Assembly: GCA_963716095.1 (NCBI GenBank)
Contig: CAVQSV010000023.1
Location: forward strand, 383,140 to 447,139
Source of the DNA: Ilumatobacteraceae bacterium
GTDB taxonomy: Bacteria > Actinomycetota > Acidimicrobiia > Acidimicrobiales > Ilumatobacteraceae
Reading direction: 5' to 3'
DNA length: 64,000 nucleotides
The notes under the pieces were generated by a model. That model saw only the letters and a list, made by a program, of their open reading frames with translations, did no database searches and was not told the DNA's origin. Shown here in pieces: positions 19,466 through 28,181 of the stretch. The position numbers were made by a program, and so were the translations under genes. Each line of letters begins with the position of its first letter. The stretch's first letter is position 1.

Positions 19466-19513
19466 CCGTCCCCGAAGGACGGGGCTGCGAGGGCCGCTCG
19501 TGGAGTCGGCGGG

Positions 19514-20047
19514 TCAGCGTGGGGCGTTGACGCGGACGAATTCGTCGATGATGTCGTCGGCGTAGGCGCGGTCGAATCCGTCGCTCGACATGAAGCGGGC
19601 GAACACGAAACTGCCGACGATCGAGGCCATGCTGCGGCGTACGTCGACGTCTGGACGCAACTCGCCGCGTTCGATCGCCCGCTCGAAGGCGGCTCGGAAT
19701 GCTTGCTCGAACAGACCCACGAACTCGTCGCGCACGGTGACCACCGTCGAGTCGTGCAGCGCCCGTTCCATCATGTTGGCGATCATCGAGGCGCGTTGGT
19801 CGTCGAGCAGATCGACGACGAGGTGTTCGCACAGAGCGTGGAGGTCGGCTCGAATCGGGCCGGTGAGGTCGCTCTCGCTCGGCTTGACACGCCCGATCGA
19901 GTCGATGGTGGCGCGCAGGAGGTCTTCGCGGGTGGGCCAGTGGTTGTAGACGGTCGTGCGGCTCACCCGTGCCGCGCTGGCCACATTGACGTGGGTGATC
20001 GCACCCGGTCCATCGGCCACGAGGAGGTCCGACGCTGCCTCGATCAC
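19514..20047 (-). CDS. TetR/AcrR-family transcriptional regulator (N-terminus uncertain)
   Basis: HTH ITHVNVASAARVSRTTVYNHWPTREDLL. The longest in-frame start is GTG 20047, which truncates helix 1. An ATG at 20120 is 1 nt out of frame (see findings). Divergent from the MMPL gene. Confidence 0.75.
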   Translation of the reverse strand: MIEAASDLLVADGPGAITHVNVASAARVSRTTVYNHWPTREDLLRATIDSIGRVKPSESDLTGPIRADLHALCEHLVVDLLDDQRASMIANMMERALHDSTVVTVRDEFVGLFEQAFRAAFERAIERGELRPDVDVRRSMASIVGSFVFARFMSSDGFDRAYADDIIDEFVRVNAPR

Positions 20048-20164
20048 GGCCGCACGGGTGCGCTCGACCCGCGGATCATCGGGACGGGGAGTACTCGGGG
20101 CGTGGGGGCGTGCTGCTCATCGGGTGTCTGCGGTGGTGACGGTGCGTGGTGTGCCGTTCACGGT

Positions 20165-20178
20165 GTGTCGTGCGACAC
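20165..20178. promoter_or_regulatory. Perfect 14-bp palindrome GTGTCGTGCGACAC in the TetR/MMPL divergent region (candidate operator)
   Basis: Read directly from the sequence. It lies 54 bp upstream of the MMPL ATG. Function is inferred only from position. Confidence 0.35.
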
Positions 20179-20231
20179 GTTCGGCAAGTAATCGTTGCCA
20201 TCGCCGACTCTAGTGGTCAGAATGTCCAATA

Positions 20232-22727
20232 ATGAACATGACGTCCACTTCCCCCCGGGGCGCATCCGATCAGCCCGACGATGCCGACCGTCCGTACGAG
20301 CCTGCCCACGGTGCACCACACATCCCGATCGAGGTTCCCGACTCCGCCTGGGGCAAGTTGGGCCGGTTCGGCTTCCGCCGCCGCTGGCTCGTTCTCGGTG
20401 TCTGGGTGACCGCGCTCGTCACCGTGTTCGCACTGGTCGGCACGATCGGCGCGTCGAGCGACAGCTCGTTCTCGATCCCCGACTCCGAATCGAAGAGCGG
20501 CTTCGACACGCTCGACGAGTTCTTCGGCGGTGCCGGCAGTGGACGCTCCGGCACGATCATCTTCCGGGCCGAGCAGGGAATCGACGACCCCGAGGTCACT
20601 GCTGCGATGACCGAACTCTTCGACGAGGTCGCGGCGATCGATGGGGTCATCCTCACCAGCCCGTATTCGCCGCAGGGCCAGACGATCGGGCTCGTCGCCA
20701 CCGATGGCCCACTCGCCGGGCAGGTCGCCTACGCCCAGATCGATCTCTCCGAGAACCTCAGCGAGACCCAGACCGGCGAGATCGGCTCGGAGATCGCAGA
20801 TCTCAAGCCGACCGACGTCGACGGCTTGCAGGTGGAGGTCGGTGGCCAGGCACTCGGCGAATTCGAGCCGCCCGAATCCGAACTGATCGGCTTGGGCTTC
20901 GCCATCGTCATCTTGATCCTGGCGTTCGGTTCGGTGCTCGCGATGGGCCTGCCGATCGGGGTTGCCCTGTTCGGTGTCGGCATCGGCGCCGGCATCATCA
21001 CGCTGCTGTCCAATGTGATGTCGGTGCCCGACTTCGCCGTCACCCTCGGCGCCATGATCGGCATCGGTGTCGGTATCGACTATGCCCTCTTCATCGTCAC
21101 CCGTTATCGAGAAGGTCTGAAGGCCGGGCTCGATCCTGAGCAGTCGACGGTCGTCGCGCTCGACACGGCCGGGCGCGCCGTCGTGTTCGCCGGCTTCACC
21201 GTGGTGATCTCCCTGCTCGGCATGTTCATCATGGGCTTGTCGTTCATCAATGGTCTGGCGACCGGTGCGGCGGTCACGGTCCTCGTGACGATGATCGCCT
21301 CGGTGACGTTGCTGCCTGCGCTGCTCGGCTTTGCGCAGCGCAAGGTCGAGGTGTCGCGCTGGCGCGGTGTGATCGCTGCCGGTCTGGTGGCGATGGCGCT
21401 CGTCGGCTTCGGCCTCAGCATCCAGCCGCTGCTGATCGGTGTGCCGCTCGCTGTCGTGGTCATGCTCGCGTCGTTCGCTGTCGCCCCGTTGCGCAAGGAG
21501 CTTCCGCCGCGCAAGGAGAAGCCACTGCGCCAGACCTGGGCCTACAAGTGGAGCCGCTTCGTGCAGCACCGCCCATGGTCGATCGCGATCGTCACCACGC
21601 TGTTCCTGCTGTTGCTGTCCGTCCCCGTGCTCGGGTTGCGTCTGGGTTTCTCCGACGAGAGCAACTTCGCGGAGGGCACGACCACGCGTGATGCCTACGA
21701 CCTCACCAGCGAGGCGTTCGGCCCCGGTACGAACGGTCCGCTCCTGCTGACCGCCGAGGTGTCGTCGCCGCAGGACTTCCAGGTGCTCGCCGAACTGACC
21801 GGCACCCTTGCCGCAACCGAGGGTGTCGCCGATGTCGTCGGCCCGATCCCCAACACGGGCGATCCAGCGACGGCCCAAGCGGCCATCATCCGACTGACGC
21901 CGACCACTGGCCCGCAGGACGAAGCGACCGACAATCTCGTCAAGAGCCTGCGTGCGGACGTCGTGCCGTCGGTGACCGAGGGCACCGAGGTGGTCGTCAA
22001 CGTGTCGGGCGCCGTTGCTGCGAACATCGACTTCAGTTCGTACCTTGCCAAGCGGATCCCGATCTTCTTCGCGGCTGTCTTGAGCCTCTCGTTCCTGCTG
22101 CTGATGATGGTGTTCCGATCGGTGCTCGTGCCGCTCAAGGCGGTCATCATGAACATGCTCTCGATCGGTGGCGCCTACGGCATCGTCGTTGCGGTGTTCG
22201 GCTGGGGCTGGGGCGCGTCGTTGTTCAACACGGCGGGCGGGCCCATCGAGCCGTTCCTGCCGATGATGATGTTCGCCATCGTGTTCGGCTTGTCGATGGA
22301 CTACGAGGTCTTCCTGTTGTCGCGGGTGAAGGAGGAGTTCGACCGGACCGGTGATCCGAAGGGTTCGGTTGCCGACGGTCTGGCCGCCACGGCACGAGTG
22401 ATCACCGCGGCGGCGGCGATCATGATCGTGGTCTTCGCCGGGTTCGTGCTCGAGGACAACCGGATCATCAAGATGTTCGGCCTCGGACTCGCCTCAGCGG
22501 TGTTCCTCGACGCCACGTTCGTGCGCATGCTGCTCGTACCCGCAACGATGGAACTGCTCGGTGCGCGCAACTGGTGGCTGCCGAAGTGGCTCGACCGCAT
22601 CCTGCCCACGCTCAACGTCGAGGGCGGCACGCACACCAGTGCCATCGCGCTCGCCCACGAAGAGGAAGAGCGCGAGAAGGACCAGCGCGAGAAGGACCAG
22701 CGCGAGCAGGACCTCGTCGACGCCTGA
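20232..22727 (+). CDS. MMPL-family (RND superfamily) membrane transporter
   Basis: 831 aa with two 6-TM bundles and periplasmic domains: RRRWLVLGVWVTALV..., GIDYALFIVTRYRE and GLSMDYEVFLLSRVKEE (paired MMPL motifs). Confidence 0.9.
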   Translation: MNMTSTSPRGASDQPDDADRPYEPAHGAPHIPIEVPDSAWGKLGRFGFRRRWLVLGVWVTALVTVFALVGTIGASSDSSFSIPDSESKSGFDTLDEFFGGAGSGRSGTIIFRAEQGIDDPEVTAAMTELFDEVAAIDGVILTSPYSPQGQTIGLVATDGPLAGQVAYAQIDLSENLSETQTGEIGSEIADLKPTDVDGLQVEVGGQALGEFEPPESELIGLGFAIVILILAFGSVLAMGLPIGVALFGVGIGAGIITLLSNVMSVPDFAVTLGAMIGIGVGIDYALFIVTRYREGLKAGLDPEQSTVVALDTAGRAVVFAGFTVVISLLGMFIMGLSFINGLATGAAVTVLVTMIASVTLLPALLGFAQRKVEVSRWRGVIAAGLVAMALVGFGLSIQPLLIGVPLAVVVMLASFAVAPLRKELPPRKEKPLRQTWAYKWSRFVQHRPWSIAIVTTLFLLLLSVPVLGLRLGFSDESNFAEGTTTRDAYDLTSEAFGPGTNGPLLLTAEVSSPQDFQVLAELTGTLAATEGVADVVGPIPNTGDPATAQAAIIRLTPTTGPQDEATDNLVKSLRADVVPSVTEGTEVVVNVSGAVAANIDFSSYLAKRIPIFFAAVLSLSFLLLMMVFRSVLVPLKAVIMNMLSIGGAYGIVVAVFGWGWGASLFNTAGGPIEPFLPMMMFAIVFGLSMDYEVFLLSRVKEEFDRTGDPKGSVADGLAATARVITAAAAIMIVVFAGFVLEDNRIIKMFGLGLASAVFLDATFVRMLLVPATMELLGARNWWLPKWLDRILPTLNVEGGTHTSAIALAHEEEEREKDQREKDQREQDLVDA
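22671..22713 (+). repeat. 15-bp tandem repeat (cgcgagaaggaccag x2.9) encoding EREKDQREKDQREQD at the MMPL C-terminus
   Basis: Direct reading of 22671-22713. Confidence 0.85.
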
Positions 22728-22760
22728 CGTTACGAATGGTGTCAGACACCATTCGTCACA
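22725..22760. repeat. Palindromic repeat, family B copy 3 (overlaps the MMPL stop codon); terminator-like
   Basis: TGACGttACGAATGGTGTCaGACACCATTCGTcaca. The stop TGA is at 22725-22727. Confidence 0.8.
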
Positions 22761-22838
22761 TCTTTCCGATTCGGGAACGGACCGAGAACGATCTGCGATC
22801 TGCGCCGCTCATGACGCTCCCGTCCGTACGTTGACCGG

Positions 22839-23477
22839 ATGAGTTGGATTCGTCGGAACATCAAGATCATCGCCCCGGTCACGGTCGTGGCGTTGGTGGG
22901 CGTTGCCTACCTCGCATTCGGGGTGTTCGGGGTGCACACGCTGTTCATCGACGACAAGGTCGACGAGGACGGCCCGGTGTTCGCATCCGGCGCGGCTGCT
23001 CCGACCGAGACGCTGCCCGAGGTGGCGGCGACGGCTCCGCCCACGACCGTGGCGCCGACGGCAACGGACGTGCCCACGGCGACAGATGCGCCGGTCGTCA
23101 CCGAAGCACCGGTGACCACGGTCGCACCGGAGCCGCAGATCGTGACGCTCGCCGAAGGGTCGTTCATCCCTCGCGGCCGGTACAGCGGCGAGGGCCAGGC
23201 GATCGTGTTGAACGATGGCAGCGAGCAACGGTTCCTGCGATTCGAGAACTTCTCCACCGACAACGGGCCGGATCTCCGGGTGTACCTGTCGGCCTCGGAC
23301 GCCAACGGCGACAGCGGCGCCTTCGACGACGACTTCGTCGATCTCGGCGTGCTCAAGGGCAACATCGGCGATCAGAACTACGAGATCCCCGTCGGCGTCG
23401 ACCTCTCCGTCTACGACACCGTCGTCGTGTGGTGCGTGCGATTCTCGACTCCCTTCACCGCCGCCGACCTGGTGTGA
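22839..23477 (+). CDS. DM13-domain secreted/membrane-anchored protein
   Basis: N-terminal TM helix, a T/P/A-rich linker, then GSFIPRGRYSGEGQAIVLNDGSEQRFLRFENFSTDNGPDLRVYLS...LGVLKGNIGDQNYEIP...VVVWCVRFSTPFTAADL (DM13 pattern). Confidence 0.7.
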   Translation: MSWIRRNIKIIAPVTVVALVGVAYLAFGVFGVHTLFIDDKVDEDGPVFASGAAAPTETLPEVAATAPPTTVAPTATDVPTATDAPVVTEAPVTTVAPEPQIVTLAEGSFIPRGRYSGEGQAIVLNDGSEQRFLRFENFSTDNGPDLRVYLSASDANGDSGAFDDDFVDLGVLKGNIGDQNYEIPVGVDLSVYDTVVVWCVRFSTPFTAADLV

Positions 23478-23507
23478 CGATTGGTGTCAGACACCAATCG
23501 TCACACC
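23471..23507. repeat. Palindromic repeat, family B copy 1: perfect 18-bp arms around a single A; terminator-like
   Basis: GGTGTGACGATTGGTGTC a GACACCAATCGTCACACC. The DM13 stop TGA (23475-23477) is inside the left arm. It lies between convergent genes. Confidence 0.9.
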
Positions 23508-23514
23508 ACGTCCG

Positions 23515-24387
23515 TCAGGCGGTGAGGGTGGGCAGGAGTGCGGCCGCGACGGCTTCGGGTGCTTCCTCGTGCGAGAACAGGCCGACACCTTCGAGCACCT
23601 CGATCTGAGCATTCGGGAACTGCGGGAGCATCGCCCGTGCTCGTTCGACCGGGAAGAACGGGTCGTGGTCGCCCCACACCAACTGCACCGGAACGTCGAG
23701 CCGTGAGTGGATGTCGGCGAGCTCGGCCAGGTGGCGTTTCTCGATCGTGCGGAGCAGCCTCACCGCAGCATCGCGATGCAGCGAACTCTCGTGCAGGGGG
23801 CGGAAGAAGAACTCGTCGAACTCGCCGTCGAGCAGCGATCGATCGGCGAAGGCGTCGCCGAACACCATGCGGAGACGGCGGACGCGCGGGGCGCCGGCGA
23901 CCCAGCCGAGACCGGAGCTCAGACCGGGCAGACGACGTGCGGCGATGAACGAACGAAACCGCCAGCTCGGGTCAGGTGGTTCGGTGTTGATCAGCCCCAT
24001 CGCTCGCAGCCGGGGATCTCCGACCATCGCATGTCTGGCGATCATCCCTCCGCTGTCGTGGCCGACGACGGCGACCGAGTCGAGTTCGAGGAGGTCGACG
24101 ACGCGCTGCACGGTCGTGATGTGTTGGTCGATCGACATCGGCGTGGTCGCATCGAATCTGCTGGAGCCGGCCGACGGGAAGTCGATCACGTGACAGGTGA
24201 CGTGGTCGACCAGGTGCGGCAGCAGCAGCCGGAACGTGGCACCGCTGACAGGCCAGCCGTGCACGAAGAGCACGTCGGGCCCGGATCCGACCCGTCGGTA
24301 CGCGGCCTCGCCGGCGCCGACATCCAGCAACCGATCGGGTTGCTTGCGGAACAGGTCGCTTGCAGCTTGCGGGGTCAGGGTGGTCAT
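23515..24387 (-). CDS. Alpha/beta-fold hydrolase
   Basis: 290 aa: VLFVHGWPVSG (oxyanion HG), VVGHDSGG (nucleophile elbow GxSxG), C-terminal FSHEE (His). Confidence 0.8.
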   Translation of the reverse strand: MTTLTPQAASDLFRKQPDRLLDVGAGEAAYRRVGSGPDVLFVHGWPVSGATFRLLLPHLVDHVTCHVIDFPSAGSSRFDATTPMSIDQHITTVQRVVDLLELDSVAVVGHDSGGMIARHAMVGDPRLRAMGLINTEPPDPSWRFRSFIAARRLPGLSSGLGWVAGAPRVRRLRMVFGDAFADRSLLDGEFDEFFFRPLHESSLHRDAAVRLLRTIEKRHLAELADIHSRLDVPVQLVWGDHDPFFPVERARAMLPQFPNAQIEVLEGVGLFSHEEAPEAVAAALLPTLTA

Positions 24388-24421
24388 CGTTGTCTCCTGT
24401 GGGGGGTGATGTCGCTCGGGT

Positions 24422-24808
24422 TCACGCGGGGTCCGCGTCGTGGATTCTTGCGGCCGTCATCAGGTCGAAGTAGTCCCGCCAGACGGTGATCTTGCCGTCG
24501 TGGACCTCGAACACGCTGTTGACCGGCAGTTCGCGCCAGCCGTGGTCGAGACGATGGCGGTCGAGGCGTTCCACGAACACCGTCGGCCCGTCTGCGGCCC
24601 GACGGAGCGAGACGAACTCGTTCTCGTGGATGGGGGCGAAGAACGGCTCCAGTACCTCGAGCACGCCACGGTGGCCCCGAACGGTGGCCATGGGGATGTT
24701 GGTGTATTCGCAGTCGTCGTCGAGGTAGACGAGCGCCCGGTCGAAGTCCATGGCTGCGAAGGCGTCCAGGAAGGCGTCAACGATGTCGGTCGGACTCTGG
24801 TCCGTCAT
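24422..24808 (-). CDS. SnoaL/NTF2-like protein (limonene-1,2-epoxide-hydrolase-like)
   Basis: MTDQSPTDIVDAFLDAFAAMDFDRALVYLDDDCEYTNIPMATVRGHRGV...FEVHDGKITVWRDYFD. Confidence 0.7.
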   Translation of the reverse strand: MTDQSPTDIVDAFLDAFAAMDFDRALVYLDDDCEYTNIPMATVRGHRGVLEVLEPFFAPIHENEFVSLRRAADGPTVFVERLDRHRLDHGWRELPVNSVFEVHDGKITVWRDYFDLMTAARIHDADPA

Positions 24809-24826
24809 GGCAATACTCGCTTTGTG

Positions 24827-24867
24827 TGTAGTGATTACTACACACACTAGACGTAGTGACCACTACA
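24827..24867. promoter_or_regulatory. Two related 16-bp palindromes (TGTAGTGATTACTACA and CGTAGTGACCACTACA) in a 47-68-bp divergent region; candidate TetR operators
   Basis: O1 is at 24827-24842 (extends to GTGTGTAGT..ACTACACAC, 24824-24845) and O2 at 24852-24867. They are 25 bp centre to centre, between the SnoaL-like gene and the TetR gene. Confidence 0.5.
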
Positions 24868-25413
24868 ATCAAGTGCGTGGGTCCGAGGCATTCGAAGGCG
24901 GCGATGCTCGATGTCGCGCTCGCTGCAGCGCTCGACGACGGGCTCAGTCAGCTGACCTTCGGTCGGCTGGCGAAGCGGCTCGGCATCAGCGACCGCACCA
25001 TCGTGTACTACTTCCCGAGCAAGGAGGATCTCATCGGCGAGGTGATCCTGGCGATGGGTCTCCAGCTGCAGGAAGCGCTCGCGGCCGCCTTCACTACGCC
25101 AGCAGCGAGCCATCGAGAGCTGATGGCAGCGGCCTGGCCAGTCGTCGCCGCGACCGAGCACGACCGGGTCTTCGCCCTGTTCTTCGAAGCGAACGGGCTT
25201 GCTGCGGTCGGCCGTGACCCGTACCGGGACCTGGTCCCGACATTGGTCGGAGCCTGGATCGACTGGGCGGCGGCGTTCATCGATGGGCCGCCGCAGTATC
25301 GCCGGGCCGAAGCCGAGACCGCGGTGGCGCTGCTCGATGGCCTGCTGCTGCTTCGGCAGCTCGCGGGCCCCGACGCGGCCGAGCGAGCAGCGACTGCTTT
25401 CGGAATCCGGTGA
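24856..25413 (+). CDS. TetR/AcrR-family transcriptional regulator
   Basis: SKAAMLDVALAAALDDGLSQLTFGRLAKRLGISDRTIVYYFPSKEDL (HTH). GTG 24856 overlaps palindrome O2, so the in-frame GTG 24877 is an equally plausible start. Confidence 0.8.
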   Translation: MTTTIKCVGPRHSKAAMLDVALAAALDDGLSQLTFGRLAKRLGISDRTIVYYFPSKEDLIGEVILAMGLQLQEALAAAFTTPAASHRELMAAAWPVVAATEHDRVFALFFEANGLAAVGRDPYRDLVPTLVGAWIDWAAAFIDGPPQYRRAEAETAVALLDGLLLLRQLAGPDAAERAATAFGIR

Positions 25414-25424
25414 ACGCACGCGTT

Positions 25425-25461
25425 GATGTGACGATTGGTGTCAGACACCAATCGTCACATC
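25425..25461. repeat. Palindromic repeat, family B copy 2: perfect 18-bp arms; terminator-like
   Basis: GATGTGACGATTGGTGTC a GACACCAATCGTCACATC, between convergent TetR (stop 25413) and PhyH (stop 25460-25462, overlapping the right arm). Confidence 0.9.
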
Positions 25462-26293
25462 AGGTGGTGATGGTGCCGAAGCTCATGGCGCCGGTCGACG
25501 GGCGGATCGCTTCGATCGGGTCGCGGACGTCGTCGATGTAGCCCAGGGCGTACGCGCCGACGCGGTAGCCCATCAAGCGCAACAGGTCATCGGGCAGCTC
25601 GGCTGCGACCTCCGGCGGGCACGACAGGTACTGGTTCTCCTCCTGGCGCAGCCAGCCGACGTTGTAGGTGATGTTGAGCCCCATGCGGGTCTCGTCGGAG
25701 GTGTTGGCACCGCCGCCGTGGTACACCTTGCCGGTGTAGAGCAGGCACGACCCCTTGCGCATCGTGGCGGGCACCGTCTCGTCGACGGTGTGGGTGTGCT
25801 CGTTCGGGAGATGTTGGCTGCCGGGCATCAGCCGAGTGGCACCGTTGGCCTCGGTGAAGTCGGTGAGCGCCCAGATCGTGTTGCACTGCACGTCGTAATC
25901 GCTCGGGAACTCGAAGAAGTCGAACGCCCACTGGTCGCGGTGGATCGACTGGCCAGGCGAGTCGGGGCCGATCGAGATCACCTGGGTGAGGTGCAGCTGG
26001 AAGCTCTGTGCACGGTGCAGCAGCTTCTCGGCGACGCCGAGGATCGTCGGGTGCTGGATCAGTTCGTGGCTCGACGGCGACCTCGCGACCAGCGCGCCCG
26101 TTCGCTTGGTGTTCCGGCCCGAGAAGTCGTCGCTGCCCGGCGGCGTCGCCTCGATGTGTGGTGCCATCTCTGCGGTGATCGCATCGATCTGTTCGGCGCT
26201 GGCCAGGTCGTCGATGATCAACGCAGCGTCGCGGTCGAGCACCTCGTGGACCTCGTCGATGCTGGAAGTTGCAGGCAGGTGTACGACGCTCAT
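25460..26293 (-). CDS. Phytanoyl-CoA dioxygenase (PhyH) family Fe(II)/2OG oxygenase
   Basis: MSVVHLPATSSIDEVHEVLDRDAALIIDDL...GQSIHRDQ (HxD)...ANGATRLMPGSQH...VYHGGGAN. Confidence 0.75.
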   Translation of the reverse strand: MSVVHLPATSSIDEVHEVLDRDAALIIDDLASAEQIDAITAEMAPHIEATPPGSDDFSGRNTKRTGALVARSPSSHELIQHPTILGVAEKLLHRAQSFQLHLTQVISIGPDSPGQSIHRDQWAFDFFEFPSDYDVQCNTIWALTDFTEANGATRLMPGSQHLPNEHTHTVDETVPATMRKGSCLLYTGKVYHGGGANTSDETRMGLNITYNVGWLRQEENQYLSCPPEVAAELPDDLLRLMGYRVGAYALGYIDDVRDPIEAIRPSTGAMSFGTITT

Positions 26294-26340
26294 GAACCGA
26301 CCGTAGCGATGAAGATTCCTTCGATGAGACACGGGTCGTG

Positions 26341-27303
26341 ATGCCAGCTGCGAGACTCAAGGGCGTGTCGTCGATCATCGAGACCCGGGGGCTGGTCATG
26401 CAGTTCCCGTCGACTCGGGCGCTCGACTCACTCGACGTGGTCATCCCGAGTGGCGTCACCGGGCTCGTCGGTGCGAACGGCGCCGGCAAGACCACACTGA
26501 TCTCGCTGGTGCTCGGCCTGCTGACGCCGACCGCCGGATCGATCTCGGTGCTCGGCCTCGACCCGCACGAACGCGGCCCGGAGCTCCGCGCCCAGATCGG
26601 CTTCGGGCCCGAGCGCAACGTGTTCCCCGACGACCTCCGCGCCTACGACTTCGTTCGGCACCTCGCAGAGGTCAAGGGGCTCCCGCGTGATGAGGCGCGC
26701 AGCCGCGCCAGCGACTCGCTGTACCTGGTCGGCCTCGGCGAGGAGCGTTTTCGGGCACTCGGCACGATGTCGACCGGTCAGCGCCAGCGGGTGAAGCTCG
26801 CCCAGGCGATCGCGGCCGACCCGCGGCTGATCGTGCTCGACGAGCCCACCGACGGGCTCGATCCGGTGCAGCGCGACGAGATGCTCAACATCATCGTGCA
26901 GGTCAACCGCAACTTCGGAATCGACGTGATGCTGTCGTCGCATGTCCTCGAGGAGGTCGAGCGGGTGTGCGACCACGTGGTGGCGCTCGCCGAGGGCAAG
27001 CTCGTCGCCCAGGGCTCGATGGCCGAGCTCGCCGGCGCATCGGGCGGGATCGAGATCGAACTCGTCGAGATCGATGACCGCCCGACCTCGATCGACGACG
27101 TCGCCGCGCAACTCGCCGCGGCCGGTGCCGGCGTGCGCCGCAACGGCACCATGTTGTCGGTGGTCGGCCTCGGAGACGACGAGCTGTTCGACCTGGCCGC
27201 TCGCACCGTCGCGCAGAGCGGAGCCCGACTTCGACGTCTCGGCCCGCATCGGCGCACGCTCGATGACATCTTCGCCGACGACGGTCCGGGCGGTGCCTCG
27301 TGA
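26341..27303 (+). CDS. ABC transporter ATP-binding protein (1 of 2)
   Basis: GLVGANGAGKTT (Walker A), MSTGQRQRV (signature), LIVLDEPTDGLD (Walker B). Confidence 0.9.
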   Translation: MPAARLKGVSSIIETRGLVMQFPSTRALDSLDVVIPSGVTGLVGANGAGKTTLISLVLGLLTPTAGSISVLGLDPHERGPELRAQIGFGPERNVFPDDLRAYDFVRHLAEVKGLPRDEARSRASDSLYLVGLGEERFRALGTMSTGQRQRVKLAQAIAADPRLIVLDEPTDGLDPVQRDEMLNIIVQVNRNFGIDVMLSSHVLEEVERVCDHVVALAEGKLVAQGSMAELAGASGGIEIELVEIDDRPTSIDDVAAQLAAAGAGVRRNGTMLSVVGLGDDELFDLAARTVAQSGARLRRLGPHRRTLDDIFADDGPGGAS

Positions 27304-28181
27304 ACGTGCCGGAGCGGGGCGACGCGCAGATCGTCGAGCGTGGGTTCCAGCGCTACGAAGGACGTCGGTCCGGCGTGCCAGGAGCGATCCGCAGCGTGAG
27401 CTGGGAGAGCATTCGCGCAACGCTCGGCCTCGGTCGGCCCGCCCGCAACAAGATCTTCCCGGTGATCTCGGTGGTGATCGCCTACCTGCCCGCAGTCGTG
27501 TTCATCGGTGTCGCCGTGCTGATCCCCGGCGACATCCTCGAACCCGAAGAGGTGGCGGACTACCCCGGCTACTACGGATTCATCATCCTCGCGATCGTCC
27601 TGTTCACCGCGCTCGTCGCCCCCGAGGTGCTGGTGTCCGACCGGCGCAACGGAATGCTCGCGATGTATCTGTCGACGCCGCTCGATCGACGCACCTACCT
27701 GGTCGCGAAGGCGGTGGCCGTCGCTGCCATGCTCGGCCTGGTCACCCTGCTCCCACCGGTGCTGATGTTGATCGGGTACTCCGTCGAGAACTCGGGCCCC
27801 GACGGCTTGGGCGGGTGGATGCTCACCCTCGGCCGCATCGTGCTGTCCGGGATTGCGATCTCCGCCGCGCTCGCAGCGGTGTCGATGGCAGCGTCGAGCC
27901 TGACCGACCGCAAGGCGTTCGCTGCGATCGGCATCGTGCTGTTGCTGTTCGCCACACCGATCCTCGCCGCAGCGCTCGTGGAAGGTGCCGACCTCTCGCC
28001 CTACTGGCGGCTGATCGACATCTCGACCATGCCGTTCGAGCTGGTGTTCCGCATCTTCGGCGACCCCGGCAACTTCCCCGAACTCGCCACCTGGGCCGTG
28101 CTCGCCAGCAATCTGGCGTGGACGATCGGTGGCACCGCTGTGGTGTGGCGTCGGTATTCCACATTGGTGATCGCACGATGA
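27300..28181 (+). CDS. ABC-2-type transporter permease (1 of 2)
   Basis: The GTG start overlaps the upstream stop (GTGA). About 6 hydrophobic segments; 293 aa. Confidence 0.7.
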   Translation: MNVPERGDAQIVERGFQRYEGRRSGVPGAIRSVSWESIRATLGLGRPARNKIFPVISVVIAYLPAVVFIGVAVLIPGDILEPEEVADYPGYYGFIILAIVLFTALVAPEVLVSDRRNGMLAMYLSTPLDRRTYLVAKAVAVAAMLGLVTLLPPVLMLIGYSVENSGPDGLGGWMLTLGRIVLSGIAISAALAAVSMAASSLTDRKAFAAIGIVLLLFATPILAAALVEGADLSPYWRLIDISTMPFELVFRIFGDPGNFPELATWAVLASNLAWTIGGTAVVWRRYSTLVIAR

